The notes below the pieces were generated by a model. The model ran no database searches, was not told the origin of the DNA, and saw only the letters and a list, made by a program, of their open reading frames with translations. DNA of 64,000 bases, taken from NCBI GenBank assembly GCA_013265495.1, contig MU058636.1:1426001-1490000 (forward strand), read 5' to 3'. This document shows positions 25,996 to 40,720 of the stretch, piece after piece. The stretch comes from Vicugna vicugna (Eukaryota). How positions within the stretch are numbered: the first letter of the stretch is position 1; the number at the start of each line of letters is the position of its first letter. The position numbers and the translations under genes were made by a program.

Positions 25996-27659
25996 ACAAA
26001 AAATTATTTTAAAAAAGGTTTGTATCAAAACCAATGCAATACTCATACTACATATCTGATACAATTCAGGAATGATTGCTAATGCGTATGTGTGCGTTTG
26101 ATATAATGGTATTGAGGTTTTTTATTTTTTAGTCCTCATCCTTTAGAGAGATACAGTGAAGTATTGCAGATTAAATCATAATTTATATTTGCTTCCAAGT
26201 AGTCCTGGCAGTGGCTGGAGGAGGTGTAGAGGACCATCAATGGATAATTACTGAAGCTGGGGTGATGGGTACTTGAGGTTCATTTCACCATTCTATTTTA
26301 GATATGTTTTAAATTTCCCATAATAAAAAGCTTAAAAAAAGAGAAAGGGGGTTCAAGTTCTAAAGGTTTTTGAAACGTGGAGCAATATGAAACTTAAAAA
26401 AAAGGTTTAAGCAAAGAGTGGGTGCTTTGCATAAGGAAATTTGCAGTGAGAAGGTGGTACTGCAGAGGACGGAAGTGGGGAGGAAATGTTTGCTGTGGTT
26501 ACGGAGGACTGGCTTGGCCCAGGACCAGGAGCATGTGCTAATCATTTTCTCCATTAAACATTTACCTGTAACTGAACTAGATCCTTTTCTGGGACTTAAA
26601 GTTTCAATATAGATAGGTGTGCCCTGATTTACACACCAGATGAGTTCCTGAAAAGTTGGGTTTAAATTTGATACTTTGTAACTGGTAGCCAAGCATGTTG
26701 CTTGGAGTTTGCTTCCAAGGGTCCTTGAAATTCTTTAGTGTTTCAAAAGGACAAAATAAAAAAGATGTCATCAAGTCACTTTAATGGAACTCCTTTTATT
26801 TTTAAGCAGTGTATTTTTTAGAAATAAAACAAACACACACCCACTATAGATTGCAGACCATAGACCCTCTCCTTTGCTCCTTCCACACTTCAGCACTTAC
26901 AAGGTGAATTTTGTTCAGGGTTTAAAACTAGCACTCAGTCCTGCAGCTTGACTCCCTCTGTTGATCAAAGATCCAAAAACTGCTCCCAAAAGTTAGCACT
27001 TTTGCAGTTCTTTTCTAAAACTTAAGAGATTATATGAGAAAAAAATACAGATGGAATTGGGTTGTTGGGGTGAGGGAGGAAGGAAACAAATATATACCCC
27101 TCATGCCTTTAAAAATCAGCTCTGGCTACATAATTACCTGTTAAACATGAATAGAAATAACTCCTTGGAAAAACAGTTCTGCACGGGCTGAAGGTAAAGA
27201 TATACAGACATAGGTGCTGCAACCCAGGGATCAAGCCCCTGAAATGTCCTTCGGAGAAATGAGTGCACATGTGCACCTGGACGAGAGTACAAAAGAATGT
27301 GCCAGCAAGATTGGACATGACAGTCAAACACTGGAAGCAATGCAAGTGTGTAAGTGTGTAGCAGCAGCTAGACAGGTAAGTACCGAGTTGAGCACTGATG
27401 GACTGGAGAGTCACACAGCAACGATGGAGAATTATCCATGGCTGCATTCAGTAACACAGATGAACATGACAGAGGAATATGGCAAAAAGACAGACAAGAA
27501 TCCATACATATTATATATAAACTGTCGGATGCATACAGAAATGTTAAAATAAAGAAAACAACATAGGAATAGTTACAAATGTAAGTGTGTTAAACTCTGC
27601 AGTCAGCTATAAAGAATTGGATCATCACAGAAGACAGGATGGTAGTTATCTCCTAGAAA

Positions 27660-29260
27660 TAGACCTACCCAAATATACTCAACTAATTTTTTGTTAAAGG
27701 CATAAGAATAATTCAATGGAGAAAGCATAGCCTTTTCAAAATGTGGTGCTGGACAATCCCACTACTGGGCATATACCTGGAGAAAATGCCCATTTGAAAA
27801 GACACCTGCACCCCAGTGTTCATAGCAGCACCATTTACAACAGCCAAGACATGGAAACAACCTAAATGTCCATCAACAGATGACTGGATAAAGAAGATAT
27901 GTTACATACAAATACAATGGAGTACTACTCAGCTGTAAAGAAGAATAAAATAATGTTATTTGCTGCAACATGGATGGATCTAGAGATTATCACACTAAAT
28001 GAAATAAGCCAGACAGAGAAAGACAAATATCATATATCACTTACATGTGGAATCTAAACAAATGACACAAATGAACTTATTTACAAAACAGAAACAGACT
28101 CACAGACATAGAAAACAAACTTATGGTTACCAAAGGGGAAGGGGGAGATAAATTAGGAGTTTAGGATTAGCAGATACACACAACTATATATAAAATAAAC
28201 AACAAAGTCCTATTGTATAGCACAGGGAACTACAGTCAATAGCTTAATAATCTATAATAAAAATATGAAAAAGAATATATTTATATTTATATTTATATAA
28301 CTGAATCACTATGCTGTGCACCGGAAACTAACACAACATTTTAAATGCACTATACTTCAATTAAAAAAAAAATAGTACTGGAGCAATTACATGTGAATAG
28401 GCAAAAAAAAGTGACCTTGACTTGACTCTCAGACCTTATACAAAAACTAACTTCAAATGGATAAAGGACTTAAATGTAAAATGGAAAACTATAAAACTTT
28501 TAGAAAAAACATGGGAGAAAATCTTCAGGACAGAGCACTGGCAGAGTTCTTAGACTTGACACCAACAGCGTGATCCACAAGAGAAAAAATGGATAAATTT
28601 GCCTTCAAAATTTAAAACTTTTGCTCATTGAAAGACCCTGTGAAGAGGATGAAAGAACAAGCTACAGAGTGGGAGAAAAGATTTACAAACCATACATCCA
28701 ACAAAAGACTGCTATCCAAAAACATATTAAAAAAAACTCCCAAAACTTAACAGTTTAAAAAAATGAGCAAAGAATCTAATTGAAACATGGGCAAAAGACA
28801 TTTCACTGAAGAAGGTATACAGATGGGAAATAAGCCCCTGAAAATGTGTTCCACATCATTAGCTATCAGGGAAACGCAAATTAAAACCGCAATGAGCTCA
28901 CACTCTGCGCTGGCCAGGGCGGCAACAGTAAAAGCAGGGCCGGCACAGGCGCTGATGAAGTTGCAGGGTGACTGGGTCACGCATGCACTGCCAGTAGGAA
29001 CCCTGCAGTGGTACCGTCACTCTGGAAACACAAACGGACCCCACCACTCAGCCACCTCACTCCCGGTCGCTTATCCCAGAGCAGCAGAGACTTGGCGCTC
29101 ACACAAAGACCTGCACGGCAGTGTTGACGTGCAATAGCCCCAAACTGCAGTCGGCTTAGATGTCCTTCAGGGAGTGAAGACTGAAACCAGCTGGGGCCCA
29201 GTCCCATGGTGAGACCCCCTCAGCAGTGAAATGGGGTGAACTGTGGACACACAGCTCCAC
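27660..29260 (+). mobile_element. Old L1 ORF2/3' region with a nested young L1 3' end (about 27755-28372)
   Basis: ATAATTCAATGGAGAAAGCATAGCCTTTTC; AATCCCACTACTGGGCATATACC...poly(A); ATCAGGGAAACGCAAATTAAAACC. Confidence 0.8.
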
Positions 29261-29524
29261 GGGGTGGATCACCAGACAGTCATCGTCTTGGGCGAATGAC
29301 TTACCTCGCCTCTCTGCAGTTTCCCTGGCCTCACTGGACTTCTACATTTTGTCATTCTTTGCACATCATGCGGCTTCAGTCACAGGCTAATTTAAGGCTT
29401 TGGCCTTTAGAGGGCTTCATCCCTACTGTCGTCCAAATGTCCAGGTTAGCCCGCCGTCTTCAGAATTAAGGTTTAGAGCAATGAGCACTGTTTACGAAGA
29501 AATGTTTTCATGTCTTTCTAGTGG

Positions 29525-29998
29525 AGCAGTTCTGAAACGCTTTGATCTTGGAACCTCCGTACATTCCTGAAAGTAACTGAGGACCCCGGAGAGCTTTTGT
29601 TTACCTGGGTTGTGTCTACCCATGTTTACTGGATTTGAAATAAGCACCCAGGAATTTTAAAATATTTTATTAATTCATTAAAAAACAACAGTCATACATC
29701 CTTTATATGTTGACATAAATATTTTATTAAAAATAATTGTATTTGCCAAAACAACAAAACAGTGAAAAGGGTATCATTGCTTTCCAGTTTTGCATGTCTC
29801 TCTAGTGTCTGGCTGTCTAGTTTGCAAATCCCTCTAACAGCTGGGTTCCCGTGTCTGCTTCAGTCTATTGTAACCTGTCGGTTGGGGTGATGCCTATAAG
29901 AAAGCCCAGCCTCCCACAGATATGAAGTTAAAAAAGGGAGAAACTTGGGGGCCCCTGGTAGTGTCTCAAGCCCCCCAGGGAGCCTTTGAGAATTACTG
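29525..29998. mobile_element. hAT-Charlie DNA transposon remnant
   Basis: GAGGACCCCGGAGAGCTTTTGTTTA...CTTTGAGAATTACTG; TCTAGT on both flanks. Confidence 0.6.
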
Positions 29999-32164
29999 AT
30001 CTAGTAGATTTCCTCAGGTTTGATTTAAGTTCTTTCCTCAAAGTTGCAGAAGACACACAGAGTTTGACTTTTTGTTCAAGTCTTTGGAGGACTTTGTCCT
30101 TTTAGACAATTTAGGGACTAGTAAACTGAAAATAGGATAATGACAGAAAACAGCGTCTCCAGAAGGATTTGAGGGGGAGGAGGTCCGTTTTTTCTTAAAG
30201 AGTCCTCTGAAGACAAGGTCTCAGTGAGCTCCTGAAGGCCAGCTTTGGGGGGTACTGACCAAAGCTCCTGGCCCCACCCCAGCGCCCAGGATGCCCAGGT
30301 GACCCAGTCCTGGGAAAACGGGGTGTTTTCAGCAGCCCTGGACAAGCAGCGTTTCTCTTAGCTTTGCTTTTAACGAGATTAGTCTTGCTTTTCCCCTCCT
30401 CTTTATTTCACTGTCTGCGGGCCACCTCCTGGCTCTCGTGGTAATGTGATTAGCTGGCCTGTGGCCCACACGGAGGCCACTGTCACAAAGATCTCTGCTT
30501 ACTTGAGTGCACCTCTTTCCTGAAAGCAGTACTTCGTGTTTATAATCACAGGGGTATTGTGAACTCTCGGATTCCAATAGAATGGGATATTTACGGCACC
30601 CTCCTGCCTCCCCCACGCCCATAAAAGTTGATTCAGGGAGACAGAGAAGGAATGGACAAAAGACAGATGTGTTTCCTTCTCCAGATGCTGAGGGGCTTCA
30701 GTTGTTCTGCATATGTAATGACTTTTTACGGCTCCCTGCAAATGCCTCTTTTGACTTTTAAAAAGGAGCCAAAGTCAAATATAGGTAGTTTTAGCAATCT
30801 GACCGGCTGCCCCAGCTGGCTAGAAACCCTCTGTCAGAGGATATACAAGGAGCGCATATCCCCTTCCTGACTAACGGAAGTAACTCTGACTTCTTCGTAT
30901 TTATACGTAAGACTGTCCACGTACGTGCAAGAAGCGATCGCGTCTTACTTGGACAACAAATGTCTTTCATAAACAGTCATGGTTCAGTAATTGTTTTAAA
31001 GGCAATTTCTGTAATTACAACAAAGAAGAAAATGAAATGAATGGAGAATGTGGACCCTCATATAACTTTTTTTTACGAGTATTTTATCGCTGTATTTCTG
31101 ATTTTGTACAGCACTTGACCATTTACAAAACTTTTTGATGCACAGTCGGCTCATTTGATCTTTACAACCACATTGTCTTAAAGAAACTTTGTTTTTTAAA
31201 AGCAAATTAATAAAGTGGATAATCTCTGAATGACAAGATGGGTTTTAGTGATTCTGATACTTCAGGTTAAGCTGCACGGGAAGACGACCAGGGCTGGAGA
31301 CTTTTTCTTTCTGGGGTGCTGTATTTTTGTTGGCTTTTTGCCGTGCTCCTCTCGTGGTAAAGACGGTCTGCTCAGAGTTGAACTCGCTTGATATGATCCC
31401 TGCACACCAGGTCATCAATGTGCACTTCCGGGACGAGAACTGGGGGCTTCACAGACCTTCCCCCACTGTCATTTCTCCTTCAAAGCCTGGAGCTGAGAAA
31501 CAAATCCATGACTGATAGAAAAAAACGGCAAAAGAGAGCAGAGCCCACGTGGAGACGCTTCCCACGCCGAGGCATCATTCTCCTGCCTACAAGACCCAGT
31601 GCAAGTATCTTCTCATCTGTGGAAGGCCTTGGCCCCCTCCATCCAAAAATACTCTTTTCTGGGCTCTTGCCTCAGTGGGGCGTGCTCAGGGGTCTGTGGT
31701 AGGCATTTAACAACCAGATCTTTGGCGGCAGAACGAGCCAGATTTGTGGTGGTGTGATGCCTGTGGTGTAAACACTCGTGCTCTGGCTGACTTCAGGCCA
31801 CCACTGTGAGGTCACTGCACCTGGCATTGGGAAGAGACGCATCTGGTGCCCCGGCTCCAGCACAGCTCTGCACAAACTTCTGTTCTTCTGCTCAGTCATG
31901 TGCCAGATACTCACACGTTCCTCTCTCCAGGGAAATCACCAGTGTGCTGAAAGCAAAGAGGGTGTCCTATAGGGTTTTACATCATCTGCAGTGCCCGGCA
32001 CAGTGTTCCCCAACAGAAAGTCCCACACACGTTGTCACCAAATTGCATCTTACTATGTTTACCATTACTGTTGTTATTGTTAGTTAATACATATGGAATT
32101 TAAACTGACTCTTATAAGAGCTTCACTTTTTTTATCTAATTTGCTGCTGATGAAAATAAGAATG

Positions 32165-32870
32165 TGTGAGAGACTATGGAGAACAGTATAGTGGTTCCTC
32201 AAAAAGTTAAAAATGGATTAACACTATTGAAACATATACTTAGAAATTGTTAAGAGGATCAATTTTATGTTTTGTGGGATTCTTTTTTTAGCCACAATTT
32301 AAAAATTTTTAAATGTAGAATTACCATATGATCCAGCAATCCTGCTGCCAAGCATGCATGCTCAGAACGGAAAACAGGCTGAACAGATCCCATGTCCACA
32401 GCAGCGCTACTCAGAGTCGCCAAAAGGTGGAAGCAACCCAAATGTCCATTGACAGATGAGTGGATAAACAGAATGTGGTATACATACAACGGAATATTTA
32501 TTATTTAGCCTTCAAAAGGGAACTCTGAGGACAACATGGGTGAACCCTGAGGACATTACGATAAATGAAATAAGCCAGTTACAAAAGAACAAGTATTGTA
32601 CGATTCCACCTACGTGAGGTCTCTAAAGGGAGCCAGATCCGTAGAGACAGAAGGTAGACTGGGGGCTGCCAGGCACAGGAGGCAGGGGAGTGGGGAGTTA
32701 CTGTTTATCGAAGATGAGGTTTTAGTTTTGCAAGATGAAAAGAGCCCTGGAGATGGATGGTGGAGATGGTTGCACAGCAAGCTGAAAATACTTACTTCCA
32801 CTGACCTACACAGCCTAAAATAATTAGGATGGTAAACTATAGTATTTGTATTGACCACAATTTTTTTAAT
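32165..32870 (+). mobile_element. L1MB-like 3' region
   Basis: TACCATATGATCCAGCAAT, GGAAGCAACCCAAATGTCCATTGACAGATGA, GAGATGGATGGTGGAGATGG. Confidence 0.8.
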
Positions 32871-35800
32871 TTAAAGAATATATTAGAATAAATATTTTTG
32901 TTCAAAGTGTTGCTATCAGAATTATACTCATTCAGCATCTGGAAGCCAGTGGGGGATCTCCCCTCCTCTTGCTCTTCCCCCTCCTCGGAGCAGGACTTCC
33001 TCCCTGTCCCTCTCCATTCCTTATCACGTATGTGTGCGCACAGTCATCTGCAGGGAACACTCAGTCTTTCGAGCATGGACATCTTCGTCTAACCTACAAG
33101 GATCAGTGTCACCTCCCTGCAAAAACACCTCTCTCATCGCTTTCCTCATCAAGTTCTCTTATCAAGGAGTTAGGGGAAGCCAAAAAGCAGCCTGAAATAA
33201 AATCTTAGAGTCCCAGGACAGCAGTCTGAGGATGGGGGCTCAACAGTGAGAAGAGGGTGGGAAGGACCACATTTCTTTCAGACCAGCCGCCTGTGAAGTT
33301 TCTCAGAAGAGTGTTTGGAGGCCCCTTTGAGGTTCCGCAGAAAGTGAGCGGGCAGTTCAGTGAACTGGGAGCCTGGACCCTGGGGGTATCATTTCCACTC
33401 AACCACAGAACTGTTTAACTTTAGATGAATCATTTCCCTTACATTCATCCAACATGTTAAAAAACAAAATACAAAAACCTTCCATATTCTAATTATCTAT
33501 AAACTGAAATGACACATTTCCTTATAGTTTTTTGGTAAAGTTCAGATATATGAGGTTGTGCTTTTTAAAAACACAGACATAGGCTCACATGTGGAGAGTG
33601 TGAGAGCCCTAAATGTATATTGTAAACACATCAGTAGGAAGCGTTATTTTTCTTCGGAACTTAGACTGGTGATCTCATGGCTGATACAAGGCTCCAGGCA
33701 TTTTACTGCACTGACCCAAGTACGTAAAACACGTCTTGCCGTCGTTAGCATCAAAAGTGTTTATTTATCAAATGTTCATTAAATTTCTGGTTTTGCTATG
33801 TGTTGGTCCCTGTAGTCTGGGTGATTATTTGTTATTGAAAATGGTGACAAGAAGTCATAATCCTCTGTAGCTAAACCTACTGCTAACGTCCAAGGAAATG
33901 TTCTCATCTCCTGGTCCTACAGGTGATGTCTCGTCTGACATCTTCCAAATTTCTGGATTGGGCAGAAGTTATAGAAATTTCCTGTTTCAAGTTTTTTCTT
34001 CTCCGTTTTTGTTAATTTAGGCTGTCATGTCCATAATACATAGTTTTATCCTCAGAAGAGAAATCTGGCCAAAATATAGATGGAAATATTTCAATATTTC
34101 AATTTCCTCCTCTGCAGGATCCCAGCTCATTTCAGCAAAAGGGTGAGAGATGGAGAAAATGTTTTTGTCTTGTTATATGTTTAAATGAATGGACCCTTTA
34201 CACATAATACACTTTTTCAGTTTAACCTGCAGTATTAACATTAAGACCAGTTGTCATTTAGAATTAGATACTATAAAAAAAACTTCAAAAATTCCACACT
34301 TGACCAATCAAAGGACGAATGCAGCTATTCACACAGGGCGAAAAAGATTTTTCATCCTTGACTAAGAACTGAAAGATGTATAAATCATACATGCACATCC
34401 TCGGATATGTCCTTTGATATTGGAATTTGAGTGTTACGATCTGCCTGTAATTAAAGTTTTTGGTTAAGTTTTGAAGGGAGAGAAAATGAAACATTTTAAA
34501 AGTCAACACCTTGCTTCTCAAGACGTAACCCGGGGCGGATTTCTGTAGCTTCGCTGGGCTTTTGGTCACTGGCACCTGCCTCCTAATTCTCCCCCTGCTT
34601 CTAGCGTTTCCTCTTTATGGCGGGGGCTGTGCTTCCGGCAGGGCCGCCAGTGCCGGCCTGCGGGGTTCCTCCCCTGCGGACAGGCTGTGCGGCCACAGCT
34701 CGGTCCCGGGACGGTGCTGAAGGACGGGGCTGGCACCAAAGCAGGTGGGCCCGGCTTAGATAACGGCCAAGTTGGAAGCTGAGGGGAGTCAGAATTATAA
34801 GGTGATGGGAAACAGTGACTGTGTCTGAAGATTAACTGGCCTTTCTTAAATCCCAGCTACCTTCACCACCGCCCACCCAGTGGAATGCCTGGCCAGCTGG
34901 CATGGTACAGGCTTCCACGGAAACTTCCAAGTCAGTTATTAAACACTGCCATTATTAGTAATAAATTACGTAAAAAAACGAAGGTGGTAACAGTCAAAGA
35001 TGACCACTTACTCTTCGTTTCTACTGCTGTCTGTTTCTTGAGGTCACCTGGGTTATTGCTGCAGCACGGTGGACAGGTGCACAGCCTACAGAAGCACGAG
35101 CCACCAGGCGTCTCTTGCCAACCCCACGGCCAGTGACGTCATGTCAGTCAGTAGAAAGGCCTTGGTGGGAGTGTGTGCACCACAGGAATCTGCAAAATGC
35201 TTGATTTGTTGTTCAGTCAGTCGAGGCTTGATGATAATCAGGGCTTGATTTATTGTTTTGTTGATTGTCTAGACTTAAAGTGATGGAGAAGATACTAACA
35301 CTGCTGAACTGAAGAGCCATCTTGTGTGCATAGCTGTTCAATGGTGAAGAGCTGAAAACTCAAAACTCATCCTTCCAGTGTATGAAAATATTACCTGTGG
35401 TAGCAAGGCGCTCCCACACATCGCTGACAAATACCTGGAGCTTTGATGTCGCCTTTGTTGTTGTACCTACCTGCACACCCTGGTGCCAGGTCATTCCAGG
35501 CGTCTAGAACGTTCAGACAACAGCCCACTTTGACAAGTTAAAACCCTCATGGCCTGCCTACCTCCATCGGTTTCCACAGAGAAAAAGAGCTCCTCAAATC
35601 CATTCGGCAGAATTATGCTCACTCTTGATGTCACAGCAGGGGCGCGGGTGGCTCACATCCGAACCCCAGTGCAGTGATGTGCTAACGTGGAGTGACCAGG
35701 AAAGTATGCTAACATACACCTCCGTGCTGCAGGGCTAGTCAAACAACCCACAACAAACTAAATGGATGGTAACCAAGCTAAACCAACAGTCAGTTATAAT

Positions 35801-37296
35801 TTAGAAGCAAGAAGAGCAGCAATCTGTAAAGCATGACCAGCTCCAGACAGCGCTGATAACAAGGTGTCCCTCCCCCAAACTGCAGGAATCCCAGCTATGC
35901 GGCGTGCGCCCCCCCCCAGCCAAGACTCGCTCACAGCCAGCCCTCTGTGGGCGGGGCCTGAGTGGAGCCCTCAGTGCGTCCAGTCCTGTGCTAATGTTAG
36001 TTTGTGAATAATACATTGTGCTAACTCCTAATGACTCACTTGTTAGGTCACAAATAATTAGGATGAGTCATCTATTAAAGTGAACGTGTCTGGAACTGCC
36101 AGTCATTCACACACGAGAAAGCGGGGCAGGACCTGAACTTTGCCTCACTTCCCTGCTCCACTCAGGTGGGCTGTGAGTCACAGAAGTCCCCATCGCACAC
36201 GTTCTGGGGCATTTTTGGACCCTGGACATCTCATACGTAAATGCTCTCTCCACCAAATCGGACTCAGACTTGGAGTCCTCTTTCTCAGTAAGGTCCGTGC
36301 TGGTACCTCCTGACAGTAAGAGTGGCATCTCTGCGGATGCATCAAATCCTTCTGGTCATCACAGCATCTCTGGGGTCAAGTCAGTCACAACGTGTCTGCA
36401 GGCCGCACCAGGCTGCACGCTCCCTGAACTGGTCACTGCAAAGGCCCAGCTGTACCCCAGGCGAGGGGGCTTGGACAGACAGCCCTCTGACATCCAAGTG
36501 AGGGCCGAATGGCTGGTTATCTCTGCTTGGGAAATTCTGGGTCTGTTTCGTGCTGTGCTTTAAAGAGCTTATCTTTCTGTTTATTTGTTTCTCCTGATCG
36601 AAACAGCTTTGGCCCTCTGACAAGCCAGCACCCGGAACTGACCCAGCAGCCGGACCTCCTCAGCCTCCACTTAGAGTTGCTCTGGGGGTTAAAGGTTACA
36701 CTGTTGGAGAAAGGTAGTAAACCATTAATGATGGGTGAAGTTCTTTCTCTCTGGCCCCACTGGTTAACTGGGCGATCCTGTTTGCTCTATGAAGGGACTG
36801 TATTTGCTAAGGGTGATTGAAATCGGCAGCACAAATGACCTCCCTGATTTCCTGCTGCCTCTGGGCCACCGTGTCAGGTGAGCACTGCCAGGCATGCTCA
36901 GGCTGCTGGAAACTGCCTTGTCCTGACCAAGGGCCACTCTTAATCAAATCTCCCCACTGGGCACCTGTGCCTGTTTTATGAGACCCGGTGGCTCAGACAC
37001 TGGAGCACCTTAGGGCCCCGTGGGTTCCCAGAGCGTATACCTCACCTGCACACGTGCGTCAGCGTCCCCCTGGTGCACGAGGGATCAGAAGCTGAGGAGT
37101 CTGACTGACTCTCATCGTTGAATACTCTGATTTTACTTCTGCCTCTGGCCCCCAGGTTCCTAGGTGACCTTTGACCATGCTTTGGATTTGATGTCTAGAA
37201 TGTGATGTGCTTCTGTGTTCACTGCATCCTCCCGTGCTTAGAGCATGCCTGGCACTAAAAGCACTCAGGAAGATCCGTTAATGAATCCCATTGCCG

Positions 37297-38050
37297 ATTT
37301 TATATATAGTCAGTTTATAATGTTTATCAATTTTTGATGTACAGCATACTGTTTCAGTCATACATATACATACATACATATAATCCTTTTCATATTTTTT
37401 CATTATAGGTGACCATACGATATTGAATATAGTTCCCTGTGCTATACAGTATAAACTTGTTTTTTATCTGTTTTATATATAATAGTATCTGCAAGTCTCA
37501 AACTCCCAATTTATCCCTTTCCGCCCCTTCCCCCCATAGCCATAAGTTTGTTTTCTATGTCTGTGAGTCTGTTTCTGTTTTGTAAATAAGTTCATTTGTT
37601 TCTTTTTTTTAAGGTTCCACATATAAGTAAACTTGTATGATTTTTGTCTTTGTCTGACTTACTTCTCTTAGTAGGATAATCTCCAGGTCCATCCATGTTG
37701 CATTATTTCATTCTTTTTATGGCTGAGTAGTATTCCATGATATAAATATACCACATCTTCTTTATCCAGTCACCCGTCAATGGACATTTAGGTTGCTTCC
37801 ACGTCTTGCTATTGTAAATAGTGCTGCTGTGAACATTGGGGTGCAAGTATATTTTAGAGTTAGAGTTCCCTCTGGATATATGCCCAGGAGTGGGATTGCT
37901 GGATCATAGGCTAGGTCAATTTTTAGTTTTCTGAGGAATCTCCATACTGTTTTCCATAGTGGCTGCACCAAACTGCATTCCCACCAGCAGTGTAGGGGGT
38001 TCCCTTTTCTCCACAGCCTCTCCAGCATTTATCGTTTGTGGACTCTTTAA
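37297..38050 (-). mobile_element. Young L1 3' end including the ORF2 C-terminus
   Basis: ORF 37777-38028: [40 protein letters not shown]. Confidence 0.9.
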
Positions 38051-38729
38051 TGCTACTTACTCTTCCACTTGCTGTCCATTGACTGCTAGCACCTACCATC
38101 TCCTTGGGGAGACGTGGCTGTTACGTGGCACAGGAGAGTCAATGAATTGACAACAGGGTGAGACCAGCAAAGCCGGGAGCTAACCCTGGGCCCAGCCCAC
38201 AGGCCTTGGCAGGAAGTCAGCCAGCTCAGAGGCCCCCGTGGGCCAAGGGCTGAGGCCGGGCAGGCGCCTCCACGTCTGCTGGGCAAAGATCAGTTTGCCC
38301 CGGGTAGGGGCTGGCCGAGTGCGGAGGAGCAGGAAACGCAGTCCGAGTTGCCCTACGGGCATGGGGAAAACAACCGATTTAAAAAATAGAACATAATTGC
38401 GCCTTGGCTGACTTCAGGAGCATGGCCAAAGCTATCTGTAACAGGTTATCCCCGATCTGGGCTTAGCCATGTTCCCTGGTGCCTGGAAAGGTCCACCCCA
38501 TCGCGAGTCTCTAACAGTTCCACGGTCCTTGGTCTGAAGGCTGGGCTTTCATGAACATAGCCCAGAAGGCCTCCTCTCCCAGCGCTGGACAGGCTGCGGA
38601 GAAGGAGTCCAAACCCGCGGAGGCATCTGGAAGATCCACACTCTCTTGGTGGTGGCAGGAAACCCGCATTATTCATCACATCCTATTTTTTTTTTATCTT
38701 TTTTAGCTTTTATTTCAGTAGGCTTGTAC

Positions 38730-38823
38730 TTTTTTTTTTTTAAATGGAGGTACTGGTGATTGAACCCAGAACCTCGGGCACGTTAGGCAGGCCCTTTACC
38801 ACTGAGCTATTATTACCCTCCCC
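38730..38823 (-). mobile_element. tRNA-derived SINE (Vic-1-like)
   Basis: Poly(T), then AATGGAGGTACTGGTGATTGAACCCAG...TACCACTGAGCTAT. Confidence 0.8.
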
Positions 38824-39804
38824 ACCACATTCTTTAAAAAAGTCTCCTGTAATGAGTATTCAAGAAGGAGTATTCAAGATGGGAGCACCTCTGAGCTCAG
38901 GTCTGCTTATCTGAGGGCTGAAGTTTGTAGGCAGAAAACCCGCATGCACCAGCAGTCACAGCGATGCGGGGAGGCCAGGCTGTTTGCACGAACCGGGTAG
39001 ACGTCTGCAGGTGACTCGGGAGCTTGGAGGAGCAGACGGCCGGTGCTCAGGCGGAGGCCGCGCTCCGACGGTCTTTTCCCGGTGCCCTGGGGCTGTGCTC
39101 CGTGGATCTCGAGATCTCAGCATGTGCTGGTGTCTGCGCTGTGACCGATGCCCCCAGGAGGGCAGTGTGCATCCTTGATGCCCACAAGTGGACGCTTTAT
39201 GTCTCCCATCGTCTCTGATGAATTAAGCCGACTGTGTGGCTGCCCGGCTTTGGACCGCTTTGGAGACCAATCTCATGTCTTCTTATTTTTCACAATAGAA
39301 AAAGCCAACCCACATCATTGAGACAAATAATAAATCCTTGGGCATCTGATTACCCAACGTGGCTGTTTCCTTTGATCAAATCACAAACTGATGACCAAAC
39401 TTGGATCTGATTATGTGCCTATAAAGATAACCAAGGACCAGTGTGGGTAACTGTCAGTCAAAGTCTCTTCAGACAACAGCGAGCGTTACAGCACGCCAGT
39501 AACATTTTTATCAGGTAGTTAAGTTAATTACCTGTGGTAAATGTGTTAGCGGGAAAAGGGTGGATTGCTGTAAACATTTGCCGACCACTTTAAAACGCTG
39601 CCCGACTGAAGGGGAGGAATCAAGGATATAGGAGGATGCAGATGTCTTGACACCTCCCGGTGTCATATAAAATCTGAGTTTTATGCTGATACCTGTATGT
39701 CTTTTTCCCACCACAAGATGGCTCTGTAGGGTTTCTTCTCAGATGAAATACGGCTCCAAGGCAAACCTGGGTTTGTAAAGCAGCAGCAAGCCCTGGGCAA
39801 CGTC

Positions 39805-40720
39805 AGTTTTTTTAAAGAAACTTCATACTGTTTTCCACAGTGGCTGCAACAATTTGCATTCCCACCACCAGTGCACAAGGGTTCCCTTTTCTCCACATCC
39901 TTGCCAACGTTTGTTATTTGTAGACTTTTTGATGTTAGCCATTCTGACCGGTGTGAGGTGATACCTCATTGTGGTTTTGATTTGCATTTCTCTAATAATT
40001 AGTGATCCGTCAATTCCACTCCTGGATATATTTCAAAAAAGCCCCAAAACACTATTTTGAAAAGGTACATGCACCCCAGTGTTCACAGCAGCACTACTTA
40101 CAATAGCCAAGACATGGAAGCCACTCAAGTGAAGTGCCCATCAACAGATGAATGGATAAAGATGTAGTGTATATATATACATACACAATGGAATACTACT
40201 CAGCCAAAAAAACCCTGAAATACCTGCCATTGCAGCAAAGTGGATGGACCTAGAGAATATTATGCTTAATGAAATGTTAGACAGAGAAAGACAAATACTG
40301 TATGATACCACTTATATATGGAGTCTAAAAAATAAACTAGTGAATGTAACAAAAAAGAAATGGGGGGAGAGTAGAGCTCAGTGATACAATGTGTGCTTAG
40401 AGCACACAAGGTCATGGGTTCAATCCCCAGTCCCTCCATTAAATAAATAAATAACAAAACAGAAACAGACCCACAGAAATAGAGGACAAACTAGTGGTTA
40501 CCAGGGGCAAGAAAGAGACAGGGGATTAAGAGGTACAAACTACTATGTATAAAAGAAACAAACTGTCAGGATACACTGTGCAGCACGAGGAGTATAGCCA
40601 GCATTTCATAATACTTACAAATAGAGCATGATCTTTAAAAACTGTGAATCACTACATTATACACCTGAAGCTTGCATGATATGGCAAATCAATTATGTCT
40701 TAAAAATAAATAAATAAGTA
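39805..40720 (+). mobile_element. L1 3' end with a 5' inversion and a nested SINE
   Basis: 39805-40005 is antisense ORF2; 40006 onward is sense up to an A-rich tail. Confidence 0.8.
40362..40451 (+). mobile_element. tRNA-derived SINE (Vic-1-like) inserted in an L1
   Basis: A box AGCTCAGTG, B box GGTTCAATCCC, (AAAT)n tail; TSD TAACAAAA(A/C)AGAAA. Confidence 0.85.

Noticed and set aside
37060..37078. CTCF-like CAGCGTCCCCCTGGTGCA (also weak matches near 35634 and 60636)
   Set aside because: Spacing or core mismatches make them too weak to call.
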